64,000 bases of DNA. It comes from an uncultured Candidatus Saccharibacteria bacterium. Its GTDB lineage: Bacteria > Patescibacteriota > Minisyncoccia > Phycocordibacterales > UBA12088. Where the stretch lies: positions 3,444 through 67,443 of the forward strand of contig CAZWNC010000002.1 in NCBI GenBank assembly GCA_964635195.1, in the 5' to 3' direction. The notes below the pieces were generated by a model. It searched no databases, had not been told where the DNA came from, and was given only the letters and a program-made list of their open reading frames with translations. Below, one piece after another: positions 43,178-51,767 of this stretch (its first letter is position 1; each line of letters starts with the position of its first letter). The position numbers were made by a program, and so were the translations under genes.

Positions 43178-45064
43178 TTACCCCGTCCAATGGTACAGCA
43201 TGATGGAGAAGTCGGGCAACGAGACAAGACCGTCTCCGTTGATGTCTGCCGCCGTACTTGCCGTGTTCCAATTGAAGAGCAGTATCGAAAAATCGACCAG
43301 GTTCACAAATCCGTCACAATCAAGGTCGCCCTTTCCGATACAGCCGGTATCGGCAACTTCCACCCCAATACCAATCGTCAATCGCGCACTCTTGTCACTC
43401 TCTATACCACTTTCCATTTTAGCCTGAGCAACCAACTCGTAGGTTCCTTGCGAAAGACCGGTCGAAGGTAGGGTGAGTGTCCACGCACCATTCGTTGCTG
43501 CGGTCGTCGTGGCCAGTATGTCACCTACCGACACCTGCGCAAGGCGTGGGCGAAGCCATACGCTGATGTTCGCGCGCGGCACCGAAAAGCCGGAAACCGG
43601 CACGGTCGATCCGGGCTCAATCGAACGATTTGCCACCGTGACGGTAGGTGGAAGGAGTACGTTGGCGAGAGTGGTCACCGTATCGGAACGGATCCAAAGC
43701 GTGGTCGTGTACGAGGCGCCTCGCACCCCTGTTGAGTCCGTGCCCGATACTGCGTAGGTGTACGACCCGCGATCCATTTGCTCGCTGGTATAATTGAATG
43801 AACCGTCACTTCCCGCATTGATGTCACGCGCGAGGGTGCCATCACGCACAATCGACACCACCCCGTTCGGATACCCCCAACCCGTTACGCGCACACCCGC
43901 CTGTGGTAGTTTGGTGCCTACATCCGAACTACTGCCACCCCCTCCTCCACTTCCACTCCCCGACCCGTCTCCACCGCTTGCACTGGAACCGGAGCCAGAA
44001 CCAGAGGCACCGGTTCCGGAGCCCGAACCGGTGCCTATGCAGTCAACGCCAACACAAGTCGACGAAGCGGTTGTCGAAGCGATGCCGGTACCAACCGCGG
44101 TACCGGTCGACGTGGATGTGGTTGTGGCGCTTCCCGGTGGAATACCTATCGTAAAAGTGAGTTCGTAGGCGGGGTCGATGATGTTCATGCGGTAGTCGCG
44201 ACATCGGACAAAAAACGTGTAGGTCAAGGCGTTCTCAAGCCCCGTTTCAATCGCAAAATGCCACGCCGAGTAGCCGGTGGTAGTAGTAGATACGAATGAA
44301 TACGGCATATCGAGATAATCCACGCTCGAGGTGGCGTAGCGACAAATCGCTTGCTCATTAGTCCGCACGAACATCTGGACACCCTGCGTACCCGCTTGCA
44401 GCAAACCGGAGGGCATGGACTCAAGTATGATCGGCGCCTCCTGGTCAGTCGTGTCTGCGGGACCGGCAGTCACTTGTGACACCACCGCGATCATCGTACG
44501 CCCGTAATCTATCTCAGCCGCTCCGTTTGCGGTGTATGTGGTGATGGTCACAGGATACGAACCGGTGGCGTGGGTCAGTACCATGTTACTATTACCACTC
44601 CCCACTGCAGTCGTCCCGATACGCACTTCAACCTCGTAACCCGCTCCGATGCCCACACTCGTATTAAGGTCAAAACGTATCATACCGTTCGTTCCGGTAG
44701 TTACCGACACACCGTCGGTTGCGGCGTTGCGAGTGGCGGAAAGTGGACGTGAGGTAAACGAAACGGTCGAGGTACTTCGAAAGCTCAGATCGATATCGGC
44801 ATAATTGAAGCCGCTTGCGGGAACCGTAAAACCACCGCCGGTAAAGTCCAGCACAATTCGCCCCCCCGCGGGGATTGCCTGATTTGTTCGGAAGGTGATG
44901 GTCTGCGCGGCAGACGCACTCGGTGCACTGGTCGACAGCAAGTCACGCACGTACGAAAGGTACACCGTCGCACTGACCTGTGTTCCTACATATAGAAGCG
45001 CACACATTCCGACACCAAAAAAACTGGCGACTGTTGCGGTGCGATGGGAAACAATCTTTTTCAT
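43178..45064 (-). CDS. Secreted multidomain protein with a C-terminal dockerin-like module (signal peptide, N-terminal beta-rich domain, Gly/Ser linker, two Ig-like domains, dockerin)
   Basis: Signal MKKIVSHRTATVASFFGVGMCALLYVGTQVSA. Linker GSGSGTGASGSGSGSSASGGDGSGSGSGGGGG. C-terminus GDLDCDGFVNLVDFSILLFNW...ADINGDGLVSLPDFSIMLYHW, which is two Ca-binding dockerin repeats. Confidence 0.75.
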   Translation of the reverse strand: MKKIVSHRTATVASFFGVGMCALLYVGTQVSATVYLSYVRDLLSTSAPSASAAQTITFRTNQAIPAGGRIVLDFTGGGFTVPASGFNYADIDLSFRSTSTVSFTSRPLSATRNAATDGVSVTTGTNGMIRFDLNTSVGIGAGYEVEVRIGTTAVGSGNSNMVLTHATGSYPVTITTYTANGAAEIDYGRTMIAVVSQVTAGPADTTDQEAPIILESMPSGLLQAGTQGVQMFVRTNEQAICRYATSSVDYLDMPYSFVSTTTTGYSAWHFAIETGLENALTYTFFVRCRDYRMNIIDPAYELTFTIGIPPGSATTTSTSTGTAVGTGIASTTASSTCVGVDCIGTGSGSGTGASGSGSGSSASGGDGSGSGSGGGGGSSSDVGTKLPQAGVRVTGWGYPNGVVSIVRDGTLARDINAGSDGSFNYTSEQMDRGSYTYAVSGTDSTGVRGASYTTTLWIRSDTVTTLANVLLPPTVTVANRSIEPGSTVPVSGFSVPRANISVWLRPRLAQVSVGDILATTTAATNGAWTLTLPSTGLSQGTYELVAQAKMESGIESDKSARLTIGIGVEVADTGCIGKGDLDCDGFVNLVDFSILLFNWNTASTAADINGDGLVSLPDFSIMLYHWTG

Positions 45065-45095
45065 ACCAAAACTCGTACCTACAGAGGCCTCTTTG

Positions 45096-45452
45096 TCACT
45101 TCATCGATCTCCTTCGCACATGATCAAGATAGAAGTTGAGCAGTATGAGACCTAAAAGCACGCTTCCAATGATACTCACGATGAGCATCGTACGCGTATC
45201 GGGTCGACTTTTAACCTCACGTAAGGCCGCTTCCCGCGATTCAAGCTCACGAGCGCGAGCCTCGAGCTGTGCCGCGGTCGCACTGTACTCGTTTTCTGGA
45301 ACACTCGCAAACACACCGATAGTCTGTGCGCGTTGCTCCTCCTTGTGAAGGTCGCGCACATCGGTACCTATGAGGAGCGCGTACGCCGAAAAAACCAACA
45401 ACGTCGCAAGCAACAATATCTTGCTATCCCCGCGAGAATACCGCCAAAACAT
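45096..45452 (-). CDS. Small membrane protein (two TM helices flanking a coiled coil); start moved to MFWRYS
   Basis: Hydrophobic N- and C-terminal helices flank AAQLEARARELESREAALREVK. Confidence 0.4.
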   Translation of the reverse strand: MFWRYSRGDSKILLLATLLVFSAYALLIGTDVRDLHKEEQRAQTIGVFASVPENEYSATAAQLEARARELESREAALREVKSRPDTRTMLIVSIIGSVLLGLILLNFYLDHVRRRSMK

Positions 45453-45720
45453 ACCCACAGTATACCGTATAAACGCTCGATACCGAGCACCACACGAGTG
45501 GATAAACAGTATAGGACTTACGCATTTGGCACATTTCTTTGTCGTCTGCGTCGCAAACCGGCTCACAATATATCTCGATATCGCTCGCCGGTATTGCTCC
45601 CTGACTTCGCGAACTTCATCCACATGCGCAAGTCCTACAATACCATCATCAACAACCAGACTTTCAATCTAGCACCACACGGCGAAGCGCTAAACCGTTC
45701 AGTACATGTAATATAGCTCA

Positions 45721-46944
45721 CTACTGGAAAAAAACGATAGTACCGAGCGATATCAGCACCAGTACCACAATAAGCCACAGTAGGACACGAGATACCCTGC
45801 GAGCAAACGTCATATCTTGTCCGACTGCACGCTTCGAAGGTGCAGTATGTCCCGCACGTTTGAGTTCGCGACGAATGTATGAGCGCAATACTCCAAAGGC
45901 GAGTGCCACAAGAGCCGCACAGGCACCGGCAACCACCCCTATTTCCTTCCACGGAAAGATCCAAAAGGTAAGTTCGTCTTTCAACGTCTTTTGCGCCGTA
46001 TCACCATACCCGACGTTTAAGAGTGCGGTGTACCTGCCGAATGCAAAAGAATCAACAGTCCATGCGGCTTCAAACGCACGTTCGGAACGGGGTAAAATGG
46101 CGTTTTGTTGTTTCTCATTGAATACAATCTGACCCACCTCTTTACCCAGCATGTTTTTGACAACAATAACTCCACGTGGTTTCTGATGTATGGTACCGGT
46201 GTTTTCGACGCGTGTGGTAAACAGTATGCTGGGTTCGGTATAGAGAGAACGATTGGTGAAAAACTCGTGCAGGATCATGTCATCGATCACCTCTCCACTA
46301 ACCCGTAAGTTCACGAGCGTACCGACATTAAAACCCACCCCTGCACCGTTTTCCGCAGTGCCCTCAGCCTCCCGCATGACAAAAATAGCAGCTGCGTGGG
46401 TACCGGGAGAAGCATCCCCCGGCACAGTAATACGATACGGTACCTCTGCAGATCCTCCGACCTCTATCGTCACTGAATCTTGAAGCGGCATAATCCATGA
46501 AGCCAAGCGAAGCGAATCAGGCTCCGTTTCTCGCGAAAAAACAGGACGGCCGTTCTGCTCCATGGTGTCTATATTGCGAACATCGATCCGGTAGGTTTGC
46601 GTGCCTCCATTTTCGTTTGTTACCACAATCGAACCTTCGATAGTGGCACCCGGGTCGACACTCTCTTCTACAACGCTTGGCTGCACTTTCACTGATATCC
46701 CATCGGTCGCGTACGTATACACAGGAAACAGTAAGAGCAGTGCGGAAAACAGGGCAAGGTATCGTGTGTGTGTGTGAGTAGTACTAGCATATCCAACTAA
46801 CCCGGAGACTGCTCCACTGATATGCGTCACAAGAGACTGCTCCAAGGGCGCTTTTCGGGTCTTATTCTCTTGTGTGACGCACCGGCTTCGCTCACAGTCG
46901 TACTCCTTGTGGTTATTTGGGGATGGTATAATACAGGTATTCAT
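45721..46944 (-). CDS. Secreted, C-terminally TM-anchored surface protein, paralog 1 of 3 (CscA/DUF916-DUF3324-like architecture)
   Basis: Signal-like RYLALFSALLLLFPVYTYA, a conserved PGDASPGTHAAAIFV block, and a C-terminal YTFWIFPWKEIGVVAGACAALVALAFGVL anchor. It is homologous to the ORFs at 48390 and 49760. Confidence 0.6.
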   Translation of the reverse strand: MNTCIIPSPNNHKEYDCERSRCVTQENKTRKAPLEQSLVTHISGAVSGLVGYASTTHTHTRYLALFSALLLLFPVYTYATDGISVKVQPSVVEESVDPGATIEGSIVVTNENGGTQTYRIDVRNIDTMEQNGRPVFSRETEPDSLRLASWIMPLQDSVTIEVGGSAEVPYRITVPGDASPGTHAAAIFVMREAEGTAENGAGVGFNVGTLVNLRVSGEVIDDMILHEFFTNRSLYTEPSILFTTRVENTGTIHQKPRGVIVVKNMLGKEVGQIVFNEKQQNAILPRSERAFEAAWTVDSFAFGRYTALLNVGYGDTAQKTLKDELTFWIFPWKEIGVVAGACAALVALAFGVLRSYIRRELKRAGHTAPSKRAVGQDMTFARRVSRVLLWLIVVLVLISLGTIVFFQ

Positions 46945-47022
46945 GACTCACAATGGTTAACTACAAGCCCCCGCACACACTATGCACGAGGGCTTGGCCA
47001 CAGCATTCTCTAATAAGTATCT

Positions 47023-48180
47023 TTAGAAGACCGGAGTCGCTACGTAGGTCAAGGTTGCCGTGTAGTCTTTGGCAGCTTCCTGCAGCTCCATGATCTCAGC
47101 CTTGTAGGCAACCGTGGTGGTGCCGATACCTTGTCCTGCGCTCTCCACGACCGCGGTACCATGGTAGAAGACCTCAACCGGGTTGCCGACGAAGTTACCC
47201 ACATACCCCGCTGCGTTGAAGAAGTCGCCGGAAGCAACCGCAGCATCGTCCGAGGTCAAACCCCAGTGACCGTACGTGTCCAACTGCGAGAAGGTGCCTG
47301 CAGGACCCTGCCATGCGGTGGACACCGCCGTGTCAAGACCATCAATAAATGTGTCGATCGTCGCGGTATTGCCCGCGGTAAGGGTTTGATCGGCCTCAAC
47401 CGTGACTGCAAAGCCGTTGTACGCGTTTGTGTTTACCCGCAACTCCTGCGCAATAACACGTGCTGGCTCGGCCGGCGAAATGATGCCGAAAGGCACCGAG
47501 GTGGCGGTCGAAGTGCCGGTGGTGGTATCAACACCATCCACAATCACACCGTTATTGACAGGATTGATGGAAAATTCAAAAACGGTATTTACCTCTGCGG
47601 TCACCGTGACATCGTCGATGATGTAGACACGGGTGTCACCTTCATCGGTAATAGGAGTCGCACCAGTACCCTGGAGACTGATGACAAAGCCGGAAAGATC
47701 TTCCGCAGCGGGATTGTTCACAAAGTTGACCGCACCCACCTGTATAGTAATCACGCCAGCAGCGACTGTGTCACCCGTGCAGACATTTCCAACGATGTAA
47801 TCTCCCGCACCCACCGAAAGCTCTATTTCGGATGCGGTACCGCTACAGTTGCCCGGAGTGACCGCAGTAAAACCAGCTTCACCGCTCTGCAAGTCAGAAT
47901 CAACGAGACCGGTAAAATTAAATCGGTCTGATCCTTCGTCAAAGTAAATTCGAAAATCCTGACCGGTCGTCATGGCATTTGCCGTCGTGAAGGTAATGGT
48001 GTGCATGGCGTCGGCATTGATGTCCGAATCTGTAATCGTGTCACTAAAATCTTGCACGTTCGCGGCTCGTGCTTGCGAAACCCATGAGGGCAAGCCGAAT
48101 GCCCACGCCAAAAGTGCGAGCATCGTTACCAGTGCGACACTCCTCGGCATCGGAAGTGTGAATGCTGTGTTCGTGTTCAT
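47023..48180 (-). CDS. Secreted WxL-like surface protein
   Basis: It has a signal peptide. The C-terminal region has HWGL and ends DYTATLTYVATPVF, resembling the second WxL motif of Firmicute WxL domains (..LTWTL..P). The N-terminal domain resembles that of the dockerin protein. Confidence 0.5.
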   Translation of the reverse strand: MNTNTAFTLPMPRSVALVTMLALLAWAFGLPSWVSQARAANVQDFSDTITDSDINADAMHTITFTTANAMTTGQDFRIYFDEGSDRFNFTGLVDSDLQSGEAGFTAVTPGNCSGTASEIELSVGAGDYIVGNVCTGDTVAAGVITIQVGAVNFVNNPAAEDLSGFVISLQGTGATPITDEGDTRVYIIDDVTVTAEVNTVFEFSINPVNNGVIVDGVDTTTGTSTATSVPFGIISPAEPARVIAQELRVNTNAYNGFAVTVEADQTLTAGNTATIDTFIDGLDTAVSTAWQGPAGTFSQLDTYGHWGLTSDDAAVASGDFFNAAGYVGNFVGNPVEVFYHGTAVVESAGQGIGTTTVAYKAEIMELQEAAKDYTATLTYVATPVF

Positions 48181-48389
48181 AGACGTTTAATTATTAAGCT
48201 TACTAAATAAGGGGGCTAATAATACAATGTTGCAAAAACCTCACGCCCGCAAAGTGCATTGCGCGCGGTGTGATGGTTGGACGGCTCATGTACACATACG
48301 TGTTGTGTCATATATCCGTCACAGTCAAGTATACCGCACAGCAAGTATCTCACCTACGAATGTGTTGTGGATAACGGAGTACGCTGCAT

Positions 48390-49763
48390 TTAAGGCTGCG
48401 GAATCGGCATCTCTATCTGGTCACCTGTAGCACGTTCTTCTGTTGCTCGAAACGGCCGCTCGGTGGTGAGTACGTCGGAAAAATAGGCGTGCAACGCGAG
48501 TATGCACAATACCCCGAAGCACACGAAGAGGAAGAATGAACGATAGGTGCGTATGAACGTGCGCATTTCCATGGGGTGTACCGCATGTGTGTCGTGAGGG
48601 GTCGAAACGCCACCAACCCGCCGCAAATCGACCATACTCGCGCGTATCGGTCGTACAAGCGTTTTTAATCGCAATGCCTGACCGGTGTCGATGTCGTACG
48701 TTCGAGTAGCTGATGTCGTGTCACCGGAAACCGCAGGGTTTACGACTGCACTCACCTGCTCGGCACTCGAAACACGCTCAAGCGCAAGAGCCCGTCGGAC
48801 ATATGCGCGTATCGCCCACGCAATGAAGCGAAACACCAAAAAAGCCGCTACAGAGAGTTCGATGAGCGGTATCAAGGGCAGCACCCAGAAGTACGTGGTC
48901 GAGTGCGCAAACTGCTTACTCGTAAGTCCGTACCCAAGAGTCACTTCTGCACGGTATCTGCCGATGTCCCAAACGCCCGCGTCCGAATCCCACGTAAACG
49001 CGTACGAACGGATACTGTTTGGAAGCACATTACCAAAGCCGTTTGTTTGGTTAACGGCTATTTCGCCGCGTTTCTTGCCAAACATGTTGTATATCGTTAT
49101 CGCTCCTTGCGGCTGTAGATGGACATTTCCGAGATTTTCAAACCGGAGCGAGAGTCGTGCACTCGCACGTTCATACAAAGAACGTTCCGTTACAAACTCA
49201 CGCACCCTCCCCCGCTCTACCACGTCACCCGAGACTCGCATAAGCACAAGTGAGGCGATGGCACTGGTTACCGCCACAGTCCCCTCTTCGCGAGCACTGT
49301 CATCCGGTGGACGATTTCCGATAAGCATGGCCGCGTAGTGCCCGCCCGGTGCAGCGTCACTTGGCACCGTGAGTGTAAAGGGGATCTTCAAAGTACCCTC
49401 ACGCACTATCAATTGACCCTCGGCCGGCGCGGTAATCCATGATGCGGACGTGCCTTTTTCAAATACCGGCACACCGCTACTTGCACGTGTTGCATGTATA
49501 AAACGAGGACGGCCGCTTTCCCCGGTCGGCTCAAAACCAACCGGCTCCGCATACACCGTCATATCGTACGGATTACTGTTAACAACGGTTATTTCACTCG
49601 ACCAGGTCTCCCCGGGTGCGATGGATATCTGGAAGAGAGGTGGCGTCACCGTGAATGTCATAGATCCAGCACTACCGGCGTGGGCAAACGGGGCAACACA
49701 CAGGAACAAACAAGAGACGCCGGTCAGCACCAACACATGAGCAAGAAAGAGACGAAAGATCAT
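48390..49763 (-). CDS. Secreted, C-terminally TM-anchored surface protein, paralog 2 of 3
   Basis: Signal MIFRLFLAHVLVLTGVSCLFLCVAPFAHA, block PSDAAPGGHYAAMLIG, C-terminal YFWVLPLIPLIELSVAAFLVFRFIAW anchor. Its start overlaps the stop of the upstream paralog (ATGA-type coupling). Confidence 0.6.
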   Translation of the reverse strand: MIFRLFLAHVLVLTGVSCLFLCVAPFAHAGSAGSMTFTVTPPLFQISIAPGETWSSEITVVNSNPYDMTVYAEPVGFEPTGESGRPRFIHATRASSGVPVFEKGTSASWITAPAEGQLIVREGTLKIPFTLTVPSDAAPGGHYAAMLIGNRPPDDSAREEGTVAVTSAIASLVLMRVSGDVVERGRVREFVTERSLYERASARLSLRFENLGNVHLQPQGAITIYNMFGKKRGEIAVNQTNGFGNVLPNSIRSYAFTWDSDAGVWDIGRYRAEVTLGYGLTSKQFAHSTTYFWVLPLIPLIELSVAAFLVFRFIAWAIRAYVRRALALERVSSAEQVSAVVNPAVSGDTTSATRTYDIDTGQALRLKTLVRPIRASMVDLRRVGGVSTPHDTHAVHPMEMRTFIRTYRSFFLFVCFGVLCILALHAYFSDVLTTERPFRATEERATGDQIEMPIPQP

Positions 49764-51115
49764 ACACGTCTTCGCGAGGAAAGTTGTATCGAACCCCCTT
49801 CAGTAGTTGTCGCTTGTGGTCTACGAGGAACCGTGCCAAGTTGGACCGCCTTACCTTTCGTGACAACATCTTCACTCACCCGAGAAAGTCGAGGAATAGA
49901 TGGTGCATGCGTACTAAGGAGTACAGCGTCAGAGTTTTGTGCCACCGATCGTGATACCCTTGCTATTCGTGGTGGTGGCGGTGGTGAATGATTGTCGAGT
50001 GCGGAATGATGCTCCTCGCTCACAGTCACTACAGCGTGCATGGGACGAGCAACTGCGCGCATATGGACGATGTACGTGCCAATAATCGCGAGGACAAGCA
50101 CGCCACCCAGGGAGACGAGTATCTCTTTCCATGGGAATATCCAAAAGTAGACAGTGTCCTGCACACTCGCAAGCTGATCCTCGCCGTACTCGAGATCCAA
50201 GAACGCTTTATATTTCCCGAAACGACCGCTTGCAGTCCATGCGGCCGCAAGTTCTCGCCTACTCTCGGGAGTAATCTCTTCACCGTCTGCGTTGAGCGGT
50301 ACACTACCCACTTCTTCACCACGACGATTGAAAATTCGAATCGATCCTCTAGGTTGCACCAGCCTGTTACCGACGTTCTCCAGCATGTATGAGAAGTTGA
50401 CCACATCACTCACAACAATCGGATCCTCGGACATGAAACCGCCAAGCTGCAGTCGTTCATTGGCATCATCTTCAACTTCAAGGTTCAAAATGAGCTCCGC
50501 AACCGCTTGTGCTGCTTCAGCCTTGGCGCGGTTTTGACCCTGGTGAAAAGAAATGCGCGCAAAGTATGCCGCGGGTTTTGCACTCAAATTGACGTGAACA
50601 AGATACGGCACCTTTCTGCTTTCGCCGGCCTCAAGCTCAATAACACCGCGTGTTATTTCGACCCAATTCGCAAGTGAGGTCGAAAGATCCGCTTCAAGCG
50701 GGCTCACGGCGATTTGGTCACCCGACATCGGATCGATATTGCTCACCGTAATGTACACACTTACGTGTTGTTCGGTATTGTTCGTAAGGAGTAGTTCTTT
50801 CTTGATAATATCACGCGGTTTCGCTTTTTCATTTGCAACCACCGGGAGCACGGTCACACCTTCAGCCTTTTGAGCTGGTTCTTCTTGCGCACCGACTTCC
50901 GTTTTTACGACATCAGGCAGATCGCCGCCTTCCATACGTGGTTCCACGACTGCGTCACCCTCCTCAGAAACTACACCTTCTTCATCAGACACAATCGAGG
51001 GAGCGTCCGATTCTTCAACTTGCGCGTAGAGCGGCATACACAACACACTTGGAGCGATTACAACGCCAAAAAACAAAGCCACGCTAACGGCTATCCGCAA
51101 CGAGTTGGTATGCAT
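49760..51115 (-). CDS. Secreted, C-terminally TM-anchored surface protein, paralog 3 of 3; start moved to MHTNSLRIAV
   Basis: Signal LRIAVSVALFFGVVIAPSVLC, an acidic segment, and a C-terminal VYFWIFPWKEILVSLGGVLVLAIIGTYIV anchor. The ORF-track N-terminal extension would overlap the next gene. Confidence 0.6.
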   Translation of the reverse strand: MHTNSLRIAVSVALFFGVVIAPSVLCMPLYAQVEESDAPSIVSDEEGVVSEEGDAVVEPRMEGGDLPDVVKTEVGAQEEPAQKAEGVTVLPVVANEKAKPRDIIKKELLLTNNTEQHVSVYITVSNIDPMSGDQIAVSPLEADLSTSLANWVEITRGVIELEAGESRKVPYLVHVNLSAKPAAYFARISFHQGQNRAKAEAAQAVAELILNLEVEDDANERLQLGGFMSEDPIVVSDVVNFSYMLENVGNRLVQPRGSIRIFNRRGEEVGSVPLNADGEEITPESRRELAAAWTASGRFGKYKAFLDLEYGEDQLASVQDTVYFWIFPWKEILVSLGGVLVLAIIGTYIVHMRAVARPMHAVVTVSEEHHSALDNHSPPPPPRIARVSRSVAQNSDAVLLSTHAPSIPRLSRVSEDVVTKGKAVQLGTVPRRPQATTTEGGSIQLSSRRRV

Positions 51116-51176
51116 ATCTCCATTGTAGCGCACTCCCGGGACTCGCGTGAGTAAACGATACCGCGAGGTGGGGATA

Positions 51177-51767
51177 TCACAACACAAAGAGCATGTACGC
51201 TCCCGTAAGTACCGGGAGGAAGAAATTATCTGAACCTCGATGTGCCACCGCTTCAACGACTGCAAGCAGTACACCTCCCAGTAGGGCCATCGGTACATCA
51301 ATGCCGAAGAGCCACAGCAGTGCTGCCGAAATGAAAAACGCAGCGCAGGACCCCTCCCATGTTCTCAATTCACCCAACACTCGATATTCGTGTATCCCCC
51401 AGAGCCCCCCAACGAGTGCAGCACCCGTGTCCGCACAGCCAAGCACAAGCATAGCGGCCAAAAAGGCATGCTGCTGCTCAGGAACATATAGAAATACACT
51501 TACCCCAACGCCCAAGGCGAAGTAGAGGTCACCCGCACTTCGCGCATGCACCATGCGCAAGCGTTCGAACGAGTGCATACTTCGCGCAACGAGAAAACTG
51601 ATGAAAAGCACCCCTGCCGCTGCCGCAAGCGGGTACCGGAGGTCGAGCCCGTGCGTAGCACCATAGTACGACACTCCCGCGAAAGCGAGGGCCAAGACAA
51701 AGTGAATGAACTTGCGAAGACTTTTCACCATACATACACAGTTCGTACGCAAAACGAGCCGCAACAC
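51177..51767 (-). CDS. Polyprenol (dolichol/phytol) kinase-like CTP-dependent membrane kinase (CdsA superfamily)
   Basis: Polytopic, with the motif CADTGAALVGGLWGIHEYRVLGELRTWEGS and a downstream DN, as in dolichol/phytol kinases. Confidence 0.5.
   Translation of the reverse strand: MLRLVLRTNCVCMVKSLRKFIHFVLALAFAGVSYYGATHGLDLRYPLAAAAGVLFISFLVARSMHSFERLRMVHARSAGDLYFALGVGVSVFLYVPEQQHAFLAAMLVLGCADTGAALVGGLWGIHEYRVLGELRTWEGSCAAFFISAALLWLFGIDVPMALLGGVLLAVVEAVAHRGSDNFFLPVLTGAYMLFVL

Noticed and set aside
51116-51301. N-terminal 62-aa extension of the 49760 ORF overlapping the polyprenol-kinase-like gene
   Set aside because: The extension is Cys- and Arg-rich and overlaps the upstream gene by about 125 nt. 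The internal Met MHTNSLRIAV begins a canonical signal peptide.
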